A stretch of 32,000 bases of DNA. Source: Propionibacteriaceae bacterium (GTDB lineage: Bacteria; Actinomycetota; Actinomycetes; Propionibacteriales; Propionibacteriaceae). The stretch covers positions 30,001 to 62,000 of the forward strand of contig JAIRQE010000018.1 of assembly GCA_031256725.1 (NCBI GenBank). The letters run 5' to 3'. Numbering within the stretch: the stretch's first letter is position 1; each line of letters opens with the position of its first letter. Made by a program: the position numbers and the translations under genes. This document shows, piece by piece, positions 1 to 10,136 of the stretch. The notes below the pieces were generated by a model, which was not told the DNA's origin, did no database searches, and saw nothing but the letters and a program-made list of their open reading frames with translations.

Positions 1-17
1 CCCAAGGAAGGAAGCCC

Positions 18-2600
18 ATGACAAACGTAGACACACTGACTGTTGGAGATAAGACCTACACCTATCACAATGTTGCTGAGATAGCAGCGCGGGTGCCTTT
101 GACTGTTGCAATTGTTGCGGAGAACCTCATCAGGAATGGGGCCGACCCAGCCCAAATTGAGGCACTGGCATCATGGTCTCCACACTCAGACCCCACCCAA
201 GAGGTGGAGTACTCTCCAGCGCGAGTGGTCATGCAGGATTTCACGGGTGTTCCCTGTGTGGTGGATCTTGCCACCATCCGCGAGGCGGTACAAGACCTTG
301 GAGGAGATCCCGAATTGGTGAACCCGAGGGTGCCAACAGAGCTTGTTATCGATCATTCTGTGATTGCAGATGAGTTCGGATCTTCGCTGGCTTTTGCAAA
401 GAATGTGGATTGGGAATTCCAGCGCAACCAGGAACGATATGAGTTCCTGAAGTGGGGACAGCAGGCTTTTAGGAATTTCCGCGTGGTACCACCGGGTACT
501 GGTATCGTCCATCAGGTCAATATCGAGCATCTGGCCCGTGTTGTCATGGTGGAGGGCGATCTGGCTTTTCCTGATACCTGTGTGGGTACAGACTCCCACA
601 CGACAATGGTCAATGGGCTTGGTGTCCTTGGATGGGGTGTTGGTGGGATTGAAGCCGAGGCAGCAATGCTGGGGCAACCCATTTCTATGACCTTGCCTTT
701 TGTTGTCGGCGTGGAGCTCACAGGTGATCTTCAACCAGGTGTTACCTCTACTGATCTTGTCTTGATGATTGCTGAGCGCTTGCGTCACCATGGGGTCGTT
801 GGGAAGTTTGTGGAATTCTATGGGGACTCCGTCGAAAGGCTCTCGGTTGAGACGCGGGCAACAATCTCCAACATGAGCCCCGAATATGGGTCTACGGCTT
901 GTTTATTTCCCATCGATTCTCGTACCATCGACTATCTTGGTCTGACTGGTCGCGATGCTCATCAACTGGAGTTGGTGGAGGCCTATGCGAAGGCCCAAGG
1001 GTTCTGGGGGGACCGTACTGTCGCTTATTCAGAAAATCTCACCATTGACCTGAGCCAAGCATGTCCTTCAATCGCAGGCCCCAAGCGTCCCCAGGATCGG
1101 ATCAACCTATCCGAATCTAAGACCTCCTTCAGAACCGCTCTCAAAGACGCTGGACATGAGACTGCCACTGTAGCGACCGATTCGGGGCAGCTCTCTAGTG
1201 GAATGGTTGCCATTGCTTCGATCACGAGTTGTACCAATACATCGAATCCTAGGGTCATGATCGCTGCTGGTCTTCTTGCCCAAAAAGCCGCCACTCGGGG
1301 CTTGAGTTCCAAGCCTTGGGTGAAGACAACCCTGGCACCAGGATCCCAGGTGGTGACCGACTACCTCAATAAAGCTGGGCTGACTCCCAGTCTGGAGGCC
1401 TTGGGTTTCTACCTCGTTGGGTACGGTTGTGTCACCTGTATCGGTAATGCAGGACCTGTCACAGGTGATGTGAAGACCGCTGTGGATCAAGGTGTCATAG
1501 CCACCGCAGTACTCTCAGGAAATCGTAACTTTGAAGGCCGAATCTCCCCAGATGTACGCATGAACTACCTGGCAAGCCCACCCTTGGTTGTTGCCTATGC
1601 TCTAGCTGGTACCATGGACATTGATTTCGACACTGAGGCTCTTGGTGTGGACACCCACGGCGTTGAGGTCTTCTTGAAAGACCTATGGCCTACAGAGGAT
1701 GAGATCACAGCCGCTGTGGATGCCGCTGTGGATGCCCAGATGTTTTCAAACAGGTATGCTGAAGTCTTCACTGGTGCGCAGCGTTGGCGTGACCTTGTCA
1801 GCCCCACAACCTCGCAGTACGACTGGTCAGAGTCCACCTATATTCGCAGGGCGCCCTATTTCGATTCAATGTCCGACCAGTTGACACCGGTCACCAATAT
1901 CGAGCAGGCCAGAATCCTGCTCATTCTGGGAGATTCGGTGACCACAGATCACATCTCCCCAGCCGGTTCCATCAAGCCAGATAGTCCCGCTGGACGTTAT
2001 CTAGCCTCACAGGGGGTGGCACCAGCCGACTTCAACTCCTATGGGTCACGCCGCGGAAACCACGAAGTCATGATGAGAGGTACCTTCGCGAATATCCGTT
2101 TGCGTAACCTGATGGTTCCAGGTACCGAAGGAGGATTCACTCAGGATTACACCCAGGATGATTCCTCGGTCGTCTCCGTTTTTGATGCTGCCCAATCCTA
2201 TGAGGCCGCCCACACTCCACTCGTGGTCTTCGCGGGCAAGGAGTATGGTTCCGGGTCGAGTCGTGACTGGGCTGCCAAGGGTGCTGCCTTGTTAGGGGTA
2301 CGAGCAGTCATCGCTCAAAGCTTTGAGAGAATCCACCGCTCGAATCTCGTGGGCATGGGAATCCTTCCTCTGCAATTCCTTGAAGGGGAGACTGCTGAAA
2401 CCTGGGGGCTTACAGGTGAGGAAAAGATCACCATTGAGGGCCTCACAGATTCGGACACTCTTCCAGATACTGTGACGGTTGTTGTTGATGGTCGTCACCA
2501 TAAGGCAGTACTAAGAGTCGACACACCCACCGAGGAGAGGTACATCCGTCATGGTGGGATACTCCAATACCAGGCAAGAGTTCTAGCTGGGTTGGCATGA
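18..2600 (+). CDS. acn: aconitate hydratase (aconitase)
   Basis: 860-aa ORF with aconitase signatures in the translation ([32 protein letters not shown] Fe-S ligand regions, C-terminal [11 protein letters not shown] swivel domain). AAGGAAGGA Shine-Dalgarno lies just upstream of ATG 18. Confidence 0.95.
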   Translation: MTNVDTLTVGDKTYTYHNVAEIAARVPLTVAIVAENLIRNGADPAQIEALASWSPHSDPTQEVEYSPARVVMQDFTGVPCVVDLATIREAVQDLGGDPELVNPRVPTELVIDHSVIADEFGSSLAFAKNVDWEFQRNQERYEFLKWGQQAFRNFRVVPPGTGIVHQVNIEHLARVVMVEGDLAFPDTCVGTDSHTTMVNGLGVLGWGVGGIEAEAAMLGQPISMTLPFVVGVELTGDLQPGVTSTDLVLMIAERLRHHGVVGKFVEFYGDSVERLSVETRATISNMSPEYGSTACLFPIDSRTIDYLGLTGRDAHQLELVEAYAKAQGFWGDRTVAYSENLTIDLSQACPSIAGPKRPQDRINLSESKTSFRTALKDAGHETATVATDSGQLSSGMVAIASITSCTNTSNPRVMIAAGLLAQKAATRGLSSKPWVKTTLAPGSQVVTDYLNKAGLTPSLEALGFYLVGYGCVTCIGNAGPVTGDVKTAVDQGVIATAVLSGNRNFEGRISPDVRMNYLASPPLVVAYALAGTMDIDFDTEALGVDTHGVEVFLKDLWPTEDEITAAVDAAVDAQMFSNRYAEVFTGAQRWRDLVSPTTSQYDWSESTYIRRAPYFDSMSDQLTPVTNIEQARILLILGDSVTTDHISPAGSIKPDSPAGRYLASQGVAPADFNSYGSRRGNHEVMMRGTFANIRLRNLMVPGTEGGFTQDYTQDDSSVVSVFDAAQSYEAAHTPLVVFAGKEYGSGSSRDWAAKGAALLGVRAVIAQSFERIHRSNLVGMGILPLQFLEGETAETWGLTGEEKITIEGLTDSDTLPDTVTVVVDGRHHKAVLRVDTPTEERYIRHGGILQYQARVLAGLA

Positions 2601-3082
2601 GCCTTCAGATAGACGAAGACCCCTGGGGGGCTGCGAGGTTTGCGTACTCCTACCTTGGAGCGCTGGTTGCTGGTCTGGCGGCCGGGGTCATTGTTGTGAT
2701 CGCCTGGCCGATTCTGGGGTCACTGCCCATCTGCCGATCTGATCAAGGGGGGTTCTGTACCCCCATCATTGCTGCGGTGGTTGGGGTGGTTGCTCTAATT
2801 GGATGCCTCGTGGCGGTAGGGTATATCTTCCGTCTCACCTGGGTGTGGGCAGCGTGGATGCTGGCCTTGTCCCTGATCATTACACAGGTACTGATCGACT
2901 ATTCCGAGCCGAATATCGCATGGGCGATAGTGGCCGTACCCCTATTTGCGGGTCTTCTAACCTTCTCTCGACCAGACAAACCCATGCCTCGGGTAGTGAC
3001 AATTCTCACAAGGGTCGCCCTGGTTATGACTGTGGCCCAGTTCATCTACTGGCTCATTCTTTTGATAATTCTGCCCGCATAG
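2597..3082 (+). CDS. hypothetical polytopic membrane protein
   Basis: 161-aa ORF with 4-5 hydrophobic helices. Its ATG overlaps the acn stop (ATGA at 2597-2600), suggesting translational coupling. No family recognised. Confidence 0.6.
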   Translation: MSLQIDEDPWGAARFAYSYLGALVAGLAAGVIVVIAWPILGSLPICRSDQGGFCTPIIAAVVGVVALIGCLVAVGYIFRLTWVWAAWMLALSLIITQVLIDYSEPNIAWAIVAVPLFAGLLTFSRPDKPMPRVVTILTRVALVMTVAQFIYWLILLIILPA

Positions 3083-3172
3083 TGGTCATCAGCGCTCAGA
3101 ACTCAAAGAAAAGAGAAGTAGTCGAAGTTTTGAGGCTGAGATTGTGGACCGACATGGACCCACTACACTAGT

Positions 3173-5047
3173 GTGATGGCTGTGCTTTCGGATCTGAGTT
3201 GCCCTGGGGAACTGGCCTATCTTTCAGACTCTGAACTTGATGAATTAACTCAGGAGATTCGTCAGTTTCTCATTGAGAAGGTACAAACCACTGGCGGTCA
3301 TTTGGGACCCAACCTTGGGGTGGTTGAACTCACATTAGCCGTCCATCGAGTTTTTCAGTCTCCCAGGGATCCGATCCTGTTCGACACTGGACACATCTGC
3401 TACGTACACAAGATCCTCACTGGTCGCCAAAGCCAGTTCGATACCTTACGTCAAGCCGGAGGGCTTTCAGGGTACCCCAGCCGAAGTGAGTCTAGCCATG
3501 ATTGGTTGGAGAGCTCACATGCCTCCTCAGCGCTGTCCTGGGGTACAGGAATGGCGGAGGCCTTCCACCTCAGAGGTGACCCTCACACCGTTGTTGTCGT
3601 TGTTGGAGATGGCGCTCTGACTGGAGGTATGGCTTGGGAGGCCCTCAACAATATCGCTGTACGCAAGGACCTTCGCATGGTCATCGTCGTCAACGATAAT
3701 GGGCGCTCCTACACCCCAACTGTTGGTGGTCTGGCCAGGCAACTAGCAGGAATACGTACAGACCGCAGATATGACCCCACCATGGATGTGGTGAAGACCG
3801 TTGTCCAAAAGACCCCCCTCGTAGGAAAACCCGCCTATGAACTTCTTCATGGGCTCAAGGTTGGTTTGAAGGACATCCTGGCACCACAAGGACTCTTCTC
3901 CGACTTAGGTCTGAAATACATTGGGCCCATTGATGGTCATGATCGCCCAGCCATTGAACAGGCCCTTACCCAAGCAAAGCACTATGACGGCCCTGTGATG
4001 GTTCACTGCATCACGAAGAAGGGTCACGGTTTTGCTGACGCAGAACAAAACGATGAAGATCGACATCACGCTGTAGATGCGATGAGCCCTTCCGCATCCC
4101 GCAAGAAGGCCTCTTCAGCTAAAACATGGACCACCATTTTCGGTGAGGAAATGGTGCGCCTAGCCCGCAAGGATCCTTCACTAGTAGCCATCAGTGCTGC
4201 AATGGTGAACCCTGTTGGTTTGGGCCCTATGATGCAGGCTTATCGGACTCGTGTTTTCGATGTTGGGATCGCGGAGCAACATGCTATTGCGAGTGCTGCT
4301 GGAATGGCGATGGCTGGTCTGAAACCAGTTGTAGCCGTCTATGCAACCTTCCTCAACAGAGGATTTGATCAGATCCTTATGGATGTGGGACTCCACTCAA
4401 TGCCAGTCACCTTTGTTCTCGACAGGGCAGGGATCACAGGGCCAGATGGGGCCAGTCACCACGGAATCTGGGATCTGTCCATCCTTGGGGATATCCCAGG
4501 AATAAGAGTGGCTGCTCCACGAGATTCACAGACATTGACGAGGACTCTTACGCAAGCAGTGGGGGAAAGAACCCATCCAACAGCAATCCGTTTTCCAAAG
4601 GGGGAGGTACCTTCGCAGATCACCCCCGTGAGACAGGAATCAGGTCTGGATATCCTTGCAGACCATGAGACTCCCGAAGTGACCATCATCGGGTATGGGC
4701 CCATGACTCACCTCGCTTTGGGTGTTGCCCATGAATTGGAATCCCAGGAAATTGCAGTCCGGGTCATCGACCCTGTGTGGGTCTTACCCGTGAGTTCGGA
4801 TCTAGTTTCTTTGGCGGGGCAATCCACCATCGTTGTCACCCTTGAAGATGGTATTGATGATGGGGGAGTGGGTCAGAAACTAGAAATCTGCCTCGCTGAT
4901 GCTTCCAGCCCCGCAGTCGTGATGCGTTGGGCTGTTCCCACGTCATTCGTTCCTCAAGGGACACGGGAAGTGATCCTAGAGGATCTAGGATTCACTGTTC
5001 CACAGATTGTGGAACACGTTCTCCAGAAACTGGCATCTCTTCGCTGA
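3173..5047 (+). CDS. dxs: 1-deoxy-D-xylulose-5-phosphate synthase
   Basis: 624-aa ORF with DXS hallmarks (GGHLGPNLGVVELT, GDGALTGGMAWEALN thiamine-diphosphate motif, FDVGIAEQHA). Start is GTG 3173 or ATG 3176. Confidence 0.95.
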   Translation: MMAVLSDLSCPGELAYLSDSELDELTQEIRQFLIEKVQTTGGHLGPNLGVVELTLAVHRVFQSPRDPILFDTGHICYVHKILTGRQSQFDTLRQAGGLSGYPSRSESSHDWLESSHASSALSWGTGMAEAFHLRGDPHTVVVVVGDGALTGGMAWEALNNIAVRKDLRMVIVVNDNGRSYTPTVGGLARQLAGIRTDRRYDPTMDVVKTVVQKTPLVGKPAYELLHGLKVGLKDILAPQGLFSDLGLKYIGPIDGHDRPAIEQALTQAKHYDGPVMVHCITKKGHGFADAEQNDEDRHHAVDAMSPSASRKKASSAKTWTTIFGEEMVRLARKDPSLVAISAAMVNPVGLGPMMQAYRTRVFDVGIAEQHAIASAAGMAMAGLKPVVAVYATFLNRGFDQILMDVGLHSMPVTFVLDRAGITGPDGASHHGIWDLSILGDIPGIRVAAPRDSQTLTRTLTQAVGERTHPTAIRFPKGEVPSQITPVRQESGLDILADHETPEVTIIGYGPMTHLALGVAHELESQEIAVRVIDPVWVLPVSSDLVSLAGQSTIVVTLEDGIDDGGVGQKLEICLADASSPAVVMRWAVPTSFVPQGTREVILEDLGFTVPQIVEHVLQKLASLR

Positions 5048-6260
5048 GTGTTGCGAGGCATCCTGCGATCACAGGAGCCACCAATTCGCATTGCCAGGGG
5101 CGTACCTCTAGGGCAGAAAGCTGTGTTGAGATGGACTCAAGTTCACTGCCATCTATCTCCCAGAGCAGAGTTTTGAGGGGACTGGGCGCAATGAGATTCT
5201 CAATGGGGAGATTATGGTGGGTTGCCAATTCAACGATGGCTGGACGTACCACATCCCATCGTCTAGCCGCCTCGGGATTACGACGTGACCAAGTCCTAGG
5301 GTCAGGAAGACCCGAGCGGGAGCCCTTCAATGGAGGAAGATCTGCCTCATCCATATCTTTCACCACTGTGAGGGCATCCAGAAACTCTTGATGAAAATCC
5401 TGGATGACGATGCCTGCCCATTGCCGGGATGTGAATGAGGATAAACACGAGGTGATGTCTGTTGTTGTCGCGCGGGAGGCCAGTTTCGAGATCATCCTGT
5501 CGTGGAGTACTCGGTGTGGAGATAGATCCAATTCTTGGGCTATTCGCTCACGTACCTCCCAGAGTTGTTTGACAACTGCCATCCCTCGGCGAGTGGTCAC
5601 CCTGTGGATATCTTTTGTGGATCTCCATGGATTGGTCTTCGGTGCTGGCCCAGGGTATTTCAGAACATAGGCGAACTCCTGTTCAGCCCAGGTCTGTTTT
5701 CCTGACTCAACTAATTCATTCTGGAGAGTTTCAGCGATTTCGATGAGGAATTCCACATCCCCTGCCGCATAGGCGAGCCATTCCTGTGGTAGTGGGCGCT
5801 GCGACCAATCGGATCGACCATGATCCTTCGCCAGGGACACATCCATGATGTCTTCAACGAGGGTGCCAAGGCCGACTTTGTCGTACCCAAGCAGGCGAGC
5901 ACACAGCTCGGTGTCGAAGAGACTATCGGGATGAAGCCCAGACATTCTCAGGGCAGGAAGATCCTGGGAGGCTGAATGGATAATCCATTGCCTTCTCCGA
6001 AGAGCCGAATCAAGTTCTGCGAGTACCGTCTCACTCAGGTTAATAGGATCGATGAGGACGATGCCAACTTCTGCAGTTTTCAACTGAATGAGGTAAGCCT
6101 TTTGTAGGTACCGAAAACCTGAGGCTCTTTCTGTATCAGCAGCAACGGGGCCCTTGCCTGAAGATAACGCAGGAAGTACGGCGTGTAGATCCTCATCGCA
6201 GGCCACAAGATTACCTACGTCAGCAGTGTAGAAGGGTTTACCTTGGGTTTCCTCGCTCAT
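4992..6260 (-). CDS. rnd: ribonuclease D-like 3'-5' exonuclease with HRDC region
   Basis: ORF 4992..6326 carries DEDD-type exonuclease motifs (VAADTERASGF, HSASQDL, YAAGDVEFL) followed by an HRDC-like region. I place the start at ATG 6260 (MSEETQG...) because it forms an ATGA overlap with the stop of the upstream DUF3000 gene. The dxs/rnd/DUF3000 synteny is as in mycobacteria. Confidence 0.85.
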   Translation of the reverse strand: MSEETQGKPFYTADVGNLVACDEDLHAVLPALSSGKGPVAADTERASGFRYLQKAYLIQLKTAEVGIVLIDPINLSETVLAELDSALRRRQWIIHSASQDLPALRMSGLHPDSLFDTELCARLLGYDKVGLGTLVEDIMDVSLAKDHGRSDWSQRPLPQEWLAYAAGDVEFLIEIAETLQNELVESGKQTWAEQEFAYVLKYPGPAPKTNPWRSTKDIHRVTTRRGMAVVKQLWEVRERIAQELDLSPHRVLHDRMISKLASRATTTDITSCLSSFTSRQWAGIVIQDFHQEFLDALTVVKDMDEADLPPLKGSRSGLPDPRTWSRRNPEAARRWDVVRPAIVELATHHNLPIENLIAPSPLKTLLWEIDGSELESISTQLSALEVRPWQCELVAPVIAGCLATLSEEMPVSGERVPQSVEQ

Positions 6261-6844
6261 CGGCTTCCATTCCGGGCTACAAGGGGGATTGCAGCCTCGT
6301 TCAGGGGGATCCCGGCCACTTGGCACAGGAGAGCCTGCCAGGCCTTCAGATGGGGCGTGAAAGGGTCTGAGTTATCAAGGACTGGAGTCCAGGAGGCTCG
6401 GATCTCTATCTCGCAAAGCTGTTCCTCGGACTCCTTGGAACCAAAGGGGGTCGAATTTGTGGTAGTGATCGTACCTGACTCGGCGAGGAATTGTGCCCCA
6501 GAACTCTTCAAGGCGTCCATGAGCCAGGACCACCCCACATCAGCGAGAAAAGGATCATGGATCATCTCGACACTCACCTCAGATTGCGCGAAGGTGACAC
6601 AACGGAAATCACCTTGCCACAAGTCGTTTCCCTGAGGATCATGAAGGAGGATCAATCGTCCAGTCGCAAGATCCTCTCCCTGAGAGGTGATCTCTGCATC
6701 GATAGCGGCAGCATAGGGTGCAATCTGACAAGGAGGTTCTAATTCTGAAACCTCAATACGAGAATCCCAGTCGAAACAGTTGAGATCATGTACAGCCGAG
6801 GCAAAGGGGAGTGGAAGGGTTCCGATGCGCTGGGGTGTGGTCAC
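6257..6844 (-). CDS. DUF3000 domain-containing protein
   Basis: 195-aa ORF with a conserved actinobacterial DUF3000-like sequence (APYAAAIDAEI..GRLILLHDP..W.GDFRCVTFAQ). It sits in the typical position directly upstream of rnd and is translationally coupled to it. Confidence 0.8.
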   Translation of the reverse strand: MTTPQRIGTLPLPFASAVHDLNCFDWDSRIEVSELEPPCQIAPYAAAIDAEITSQGEDLATGRLILLHDPQGNDLWQGDFRCVTFAQSEVSVEMIHDPFLADVGWSWLMDALKSSGAQFLAESGTITTTNSTPFGSKESEEQLCEIEIRASWTPVLDNSDPFTPHLKAWQALLCQVAGIPLNEAAIPLVARNGSR

Positions 6845-6929
6845 CAGACAAGGCTATCCAGGCTTCGTCTTGCAGAGATGACACCACGCCGGACTCCCAG
6901 CATCATTTCGGTTGGGATGATGGCAGAAT

Positions 6930-7895
6930 GTGCTCATGGGCAAAAAGAAAAAAGACACTGGCTCAGTTTCAACGAAGAAGAGCCATGTGAAGAAAACTGA
7001 CCCAATGGCTGCTCCCGCCGCTGTGTCAGCACAGAACTATCCCACCACCGATTTACGAGCAGCACTGAGGGCTGATCCTGACCTTTACCTGGGTGGAATC
7101 CATCCTGATGACACCCCTGGATATCCAGGAAAAGGAAAGAAGGATGCCCCAGCACTCACAGCTGCTCTGGGAACAATCCTGTCGGCGTGGCAGGAGAGGC
7201 TCTATGCCGAATCCAAAGTCAAAGAATCCCCAGATCGCAATGTCCTAGTTATCCTTCAAGGGATGGATACCTCTGGAAAATCCGGGGTTGTTCGCCATGT
7301 TTTCGGTCTCGTTGACCCGCAAGGGATCAAGATCCATGCCTTCAAGCAACCCACCAAAGAGGAACTTGAACACGATTTCCTGTGGAGAATTCGTCGTCAG
7401 GTACCAGGGCCAGGAATGATTGGCATCTTTGATAGGAGCCAGTACGAAGATGTACTCGTTGTGCGTGTGGATGGTCTCGTGGAGCCTCACGTATGGGAGA
7501 ACCGATTCGAGGCGATCAATGAGTTTGAATTGGATCTAGCTAGATCTGGAACCAAGCTTATTAAGTGTTTCCTTCACATAACTCCACAAGAGCAGCAGGC
7601 TCGACTTTTGGATCGCCTCAGTGACTCGACAAAGCACTGGAAGTATTCACCAGGAGATGTGGCCGCACGCTCGCAATGGAATGAGTACATGGAAGCCTAT
7701 AATGACCTGCTCGTCAGATGTAGTACAGATGTGGCCCCATGGTATGTAATCCCAGCGAATAATAAGTGGTACAGGAACTGGGCCGTGGCTTCCCTTCTTC
7801 TCGAACATCTTCAAGAAATGGCACCACAATGGCCTGAGGCTGACTTCGATGTAGCCGAACAGATTGCTGCGGTCAGCAACTCTCTAGCTGCTTAG
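6930..7895 (+). CDS. ppk2: polyphosphate kinase 2 family protein (polyphosphate:nucleotide phosphotransferase)
   Basis: 321-aa ORF with a PPK2 Walker-A-like LQGMDTSGKSG, FDRSQYEDVLVVRV and the lid region WKYSPGD. The start is uncertain: ATG 6930 gives a Lys-rich N-terminal extension, and ATG 7005 is the alternative. Confidence 0.85.
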   Translation: MLMGKKKKDTGSVSTKKSHVKKTDPMAAPAAVSAQNYPTTDLRAALRADPDLYLGGIHPDDTPGYPGKGKKDAPALTAALGTILSAWQERLYAESKVKESPDRNVLVILQGMDTSGKSGVVRHVFGLVDPQGIKIHAFKQPTKEELEHDFLWRIRRQVPGPGMIGIFDRSQYEDVLVVRVDGLVEPHVWENRFEAINEFELDLARSGTKLIKCFLHITPQEQQARLLDRLSDSTKHWKYSPGDVAARSQWNEYMEAYNDLLVRCSTDVAPWYVIPANNKWYRNWAVASLLLEHLQEMAPQWPEADFDVAEQIAAVSNSLAA

Positions 7896-8678
7896 AGCAG
7901 TCATCGAGTCATCTGACTCGCTTGGTGACTCATCTCCGTCGCCGAGTAGATCCATCGCGGCGAAGGCATAACGCGCCAAGATGAGATCAAGGACGGTGTC
8001 GTCGACTCCAATGGGGGAACTGACTGCGATGGCCCCATGGCGGAGAGCCATTCGAGCCTGGGCCTCAAAATCTTGGTCAGGGGCTAGACAGAAGGAACCC
8101 ACCGCAATATGGCGTCGTCCTTGAGAATTAAGGCTCTCGATGGCAGCAGCAACATTGGGTGAGGAGCCATCACTCATAGCGAGTTGGCAAGGGAGTTTAT
8201 GATGGGTACCCCACTGACGGGCTCGCCTGGCCAGCATTCCTTGGCCGCGAATATCGCTGGGACCTTCAGCGGACAGTACAAGGCCATCAATCTCTGTGGC
8301 ATGGGCCGTACCGAGGGCGGAGCGTAGGCGCTCATCAAGGGGGCGCAGGAGGCATGCTTCTGGGCCGAGGGGGCGAGCAACTCCAAAACGGATACTGGGG
8401 TGAGCGGCTCGTACCCTTTCCACCACCACATCGACATCGCGATCATGATCGGTTACTGCGGATAATTGCAGGGGTACAAAAACGACTTCGTTTACTCCAC
8501 GACCAACAAGATGGCTGACAACTTGGGGGCCAGAGGGCGGGCAGTGGTCAATAAAGGCAGCATTCACTTCGAGACTGGGGCGAATGGTTTGGAGGCCATA
8601 GCGCAAATGGTGGCTCACTTCGGCCACGTTCGGATCGGTACTGCCGTGGGTTAGCATGACTAGTGCCGGCGCTGCCAT
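7884..8678 (-). CDS. sirohydrochlorin chelatase, CbiX/SirB family (two CbiX-like halves)
   Basis: ORF 7884..8714 has two halves starting VMLTHGSTDP and LVLSAEGPSD, typical of CbiX. Start is placed at ATG 8678, which has an AAAGGA SD 6 nt upstream. The 3' end overlaps the ppk2 3' end by 12 nt. Confidence 0.75.
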   Translation of the reverse strand: MAAPALVMLTHGSTDPNVAEVSHHLRYGLQTIRPSLEVNAAFIDHCPPSGPQVVSHLVGRGVNEVVFVPLQLSAVTDHDRDVDVVVERVRAAHPSIRFGVARPLGPEACLLRPLDERLRSALGTAHATEIDGLVLSAEGPSDIRGQGMLARRARQWGTHHKLPCQLAMSDGSSPNVAAAIESLNSQGRRHIAVGSFCLAPDQDFEAQARMALRHGAIAVSSPIGVDDTVLDLILARYAFAAMDLLGDGDESPSESDDSMTALSS

Positions 8679-8856
8679 TGTCGTCCTTTCTCTCGATGAC
8701 TTCAACGGCGCCATTGCCGGAGGGCCATGCCTCCTCCAATGGTGACCGACCCAGGTTCACTTTCCCCCACTAACCATGCTTGGCGCAAGTTGGACGTCCA
8801 CATAGTGAGATACGGCCCAGCATATGATAAAAGCGTCATCATCTCCAGATCGTGGT

Positions 8857-8886
8857 TTGGACCGAAAGGTCAACAGATGCTAGGGT
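8857..8886 (+). promoter_or_regulatory. candidate sigma-A promoter for tRNA-Tyr (TTGGAC-18 nt-TAGGGT)
   Basis: The hexamers are read directly from the sequence. The -10 ends 17 nt before the mature tRNA 5' end. Confidence 0.3.
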
Positions 8887-8903
8887 TATGCGCTGGACGC
8901 CAT

Positions 8904-8986
8904 GGCGGGTTGCCCGAGCGGCCAATGGGAGCAGACTGTAAATCTGTCGGCGAATGCCTACGGAGGTTCGAATCCTTCACCCGCCA
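8904..8986 (+). tRNA. tRNA-Tyr (GTA)
   Basis: 83-nt cloverleaf folded by hand: acceptor GGCGGGT/ACCCGCC, anticodon loop CT-GTA-AA, long variable arm, GGTTCGAATCC T-arm. It closely resembles E. coli tRNA-Tyr. Confidence 0.9.
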
Positions 8987-9011
8987 CCTGGTTGATGTTT
9001 TGAGCATCAGT

Positions 9012-9053
9012 ACTCCTGAATTCTTCCAGAAAGAGTTCAGGAGTTTTCCATTT
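9012..9053 (+). terminator. intrinsic terminator after tRNA-Tyr
   Basis: 14-bp stem (9012-9025 pairs with 9031-9044, one G-U), CCAGA loop, then TTTCCATTT. Confidence 0.7.
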
Positions 9054-9135
9054 CACTCCAGAATATGCGGTACACGCCGCGATATGGGGCTGAGCTTGAA
9101 GTCCAGGGTGGTTCTCATGTATTGTGGACGCGCTT

Positions 9136-9208
9136 GCCCCTATAGCTCAGTCGGTAGAGCGTTTCCATGGTAAGGAAAAGGTCTGCAGTTCGATTCTGCA
9201 TGGGGGCT
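9136..9208 (+). tRNA. tRNA-Thr (GGT)
   Basis: 73-nt cloverleaf: acceptor GCCCCTA/TGGGGGC, TAGCTCAGTCGGTAGAGC D-arm, anticodon loop AT-GGT-AA, GTTCGATTC T-loop. Confidence 0.9.
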
Positions 9209-9240
9209 CGTTGTCTGACTGCGGAGACGTAGTCAGAATT

Positions 9241-9314
9241 AGCGGGATAGCTCAGGTGGTCAGAGCGAACGACTCATAATCGTTAGGTCGCGGGTTCAAG
9301 TCCCGCTCTCGCTA
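9241..9314 (+). tRNA. tRNA-Met (CAT), elongator type
   Basis: 74-nt cloverleaf: acceptor AGCGGGA/TCTCGCT, anticodon loop CT-CAT-AA. It lacks the three G-C pairs of an initiator anticodon stem. tRNA-Ile2 (lysidine) cannot be excluded by eye. The Tyr/Thr/Met-rpmG order matches mycobacteria. Confidence 0.8.
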
Positions 9315-9341
9315 CGTCAATACGATCGTTTGGAGGATTTG

Positions 9342-9512
9342 ATGGCGAAGAAACAGGGCGATGTTCGACCCAAGATCACTATGGCGTGCACAGAATGCAA
9401 AGAACGCAACTACATCACCAAGAAGAACCGTCGTAACGATCCTGACCGCATGGACTTGAACAAGTTCTGCCCCAGATGCCGCAAGCATCAGGTTCATCGC
9501 GAGACACGATAG
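9342..9512 (+). CDS. rpmG: 50S ribosomal protein L33 (zinc-ribbon C+ form)
   Basis: 56 aa, [63 protein letters not shown] at 9333-9337. The ORF-track start at 9330 was trimmed to ATG 9342. Confidence 0.95.
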   Translation: MAKKQGDVRPKITMACTECKERNYITKKNRRNDPDRMDLNKFCPRCRKHQVHRETR

Positions 9513-9534
9513 TACCTTCGCGCATCAGACTTTC

Positions 9535-9573
9535 CAGCGCTCACTCCTTCCATGGGTGGGCGCTGTTGTTTTT
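9535..9573 (+). terminator. intrinsic terminator after rpmG
   Basis: CAGCGCTCAC / GTGGGCGCTG stem of 10 bp (one G-U) followed by TTGTTTTT. Confidence 0.7.
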
Positions 9574-9643
9574 CGTGCACGCCTATGAGATCCGGATTAG
9601 TAGGCCAAAATGTGGTTAGAGGGCCACGATGTGCTCGACAATC

Positions 9644-10051
9644 TCAGACAAGATTACGTACAAGTACCCATCCAAGAGCAATAACAAAACCAATCCATAG
9701 GCCGTGTCGAGAGATGAAGTAGGGTACCCACCTTGCAGAGTTCTCTCGCCGAAGTACCAACCATTCAACACACCAGCCAATGAGTCTGATTCCTAGGAGG
9801 ATGATGAAGATGAGTAAGAGCCCATTGTGGTTCCAGGCTCCCACGATGTCGCCGTGGAGAAGATCCTGACCCATTCTTGTACCTCCACACAGAGGGCACA
9901 ACCATCCGGTGATCATTCTCAGCCCGCAGGGTACACCTATCCCCGTGAGGTGATAGAGCCCCGTCAATCCGACCCCAATCAACCCGAAAGTACCTCCAGC
10001 GATGACGAACTCGCATGGTGGTCTCGTAGGTGGAAGGGCCGAAGACTTCAT
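9644..10051 (-). CDS. DUF2752 domain-containing membrane protein
   Basis: 135-aa ORF with the characteristic CPLCGGTR motif and 3-4 TM helices. Confidence 0.8.
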   Translation of the reverse strand: MKSSALPPTRPPCEFVIAGGTFGLIGVGLTGLYHLTGIGVPCGLRMITGWLCPLCGGTRMGQDLLHGDIVGAWNHNGLLLIFIILLGIRLIGWCVEWLVLRRENSARWVPYFISRHGLWIGFVIALGWVLVRNLV

Positions 10052-10136
10052 TTCATAATGAGAACACGGTTCGATACAGAAGACAAATCTTCACTAGTAG
10101 CGTTAGCCTTGAGATACCGACTCGAAAGAAGGATTC

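Noticed and set aside
6261-6326. N-terminal extensions proposed by the ORF track for rnd (also cbiX 8679-8714, DUF3263 11962-12111, DUF3073 20598-20615, HNH 24037-24069, rpmG 9330-9341)
   Set aside because: The internal starts have better SD sequences or ATGA coupling, and they give N-termini matching the family-typical sequences. The extensions look like upstream read-through of the frame.
8727-9173. 148-aa + strand ORF
   Set aside because: It runs straight through tRNA-Tyr, its terminator and part of tRNA-Thr, so it is not coding.
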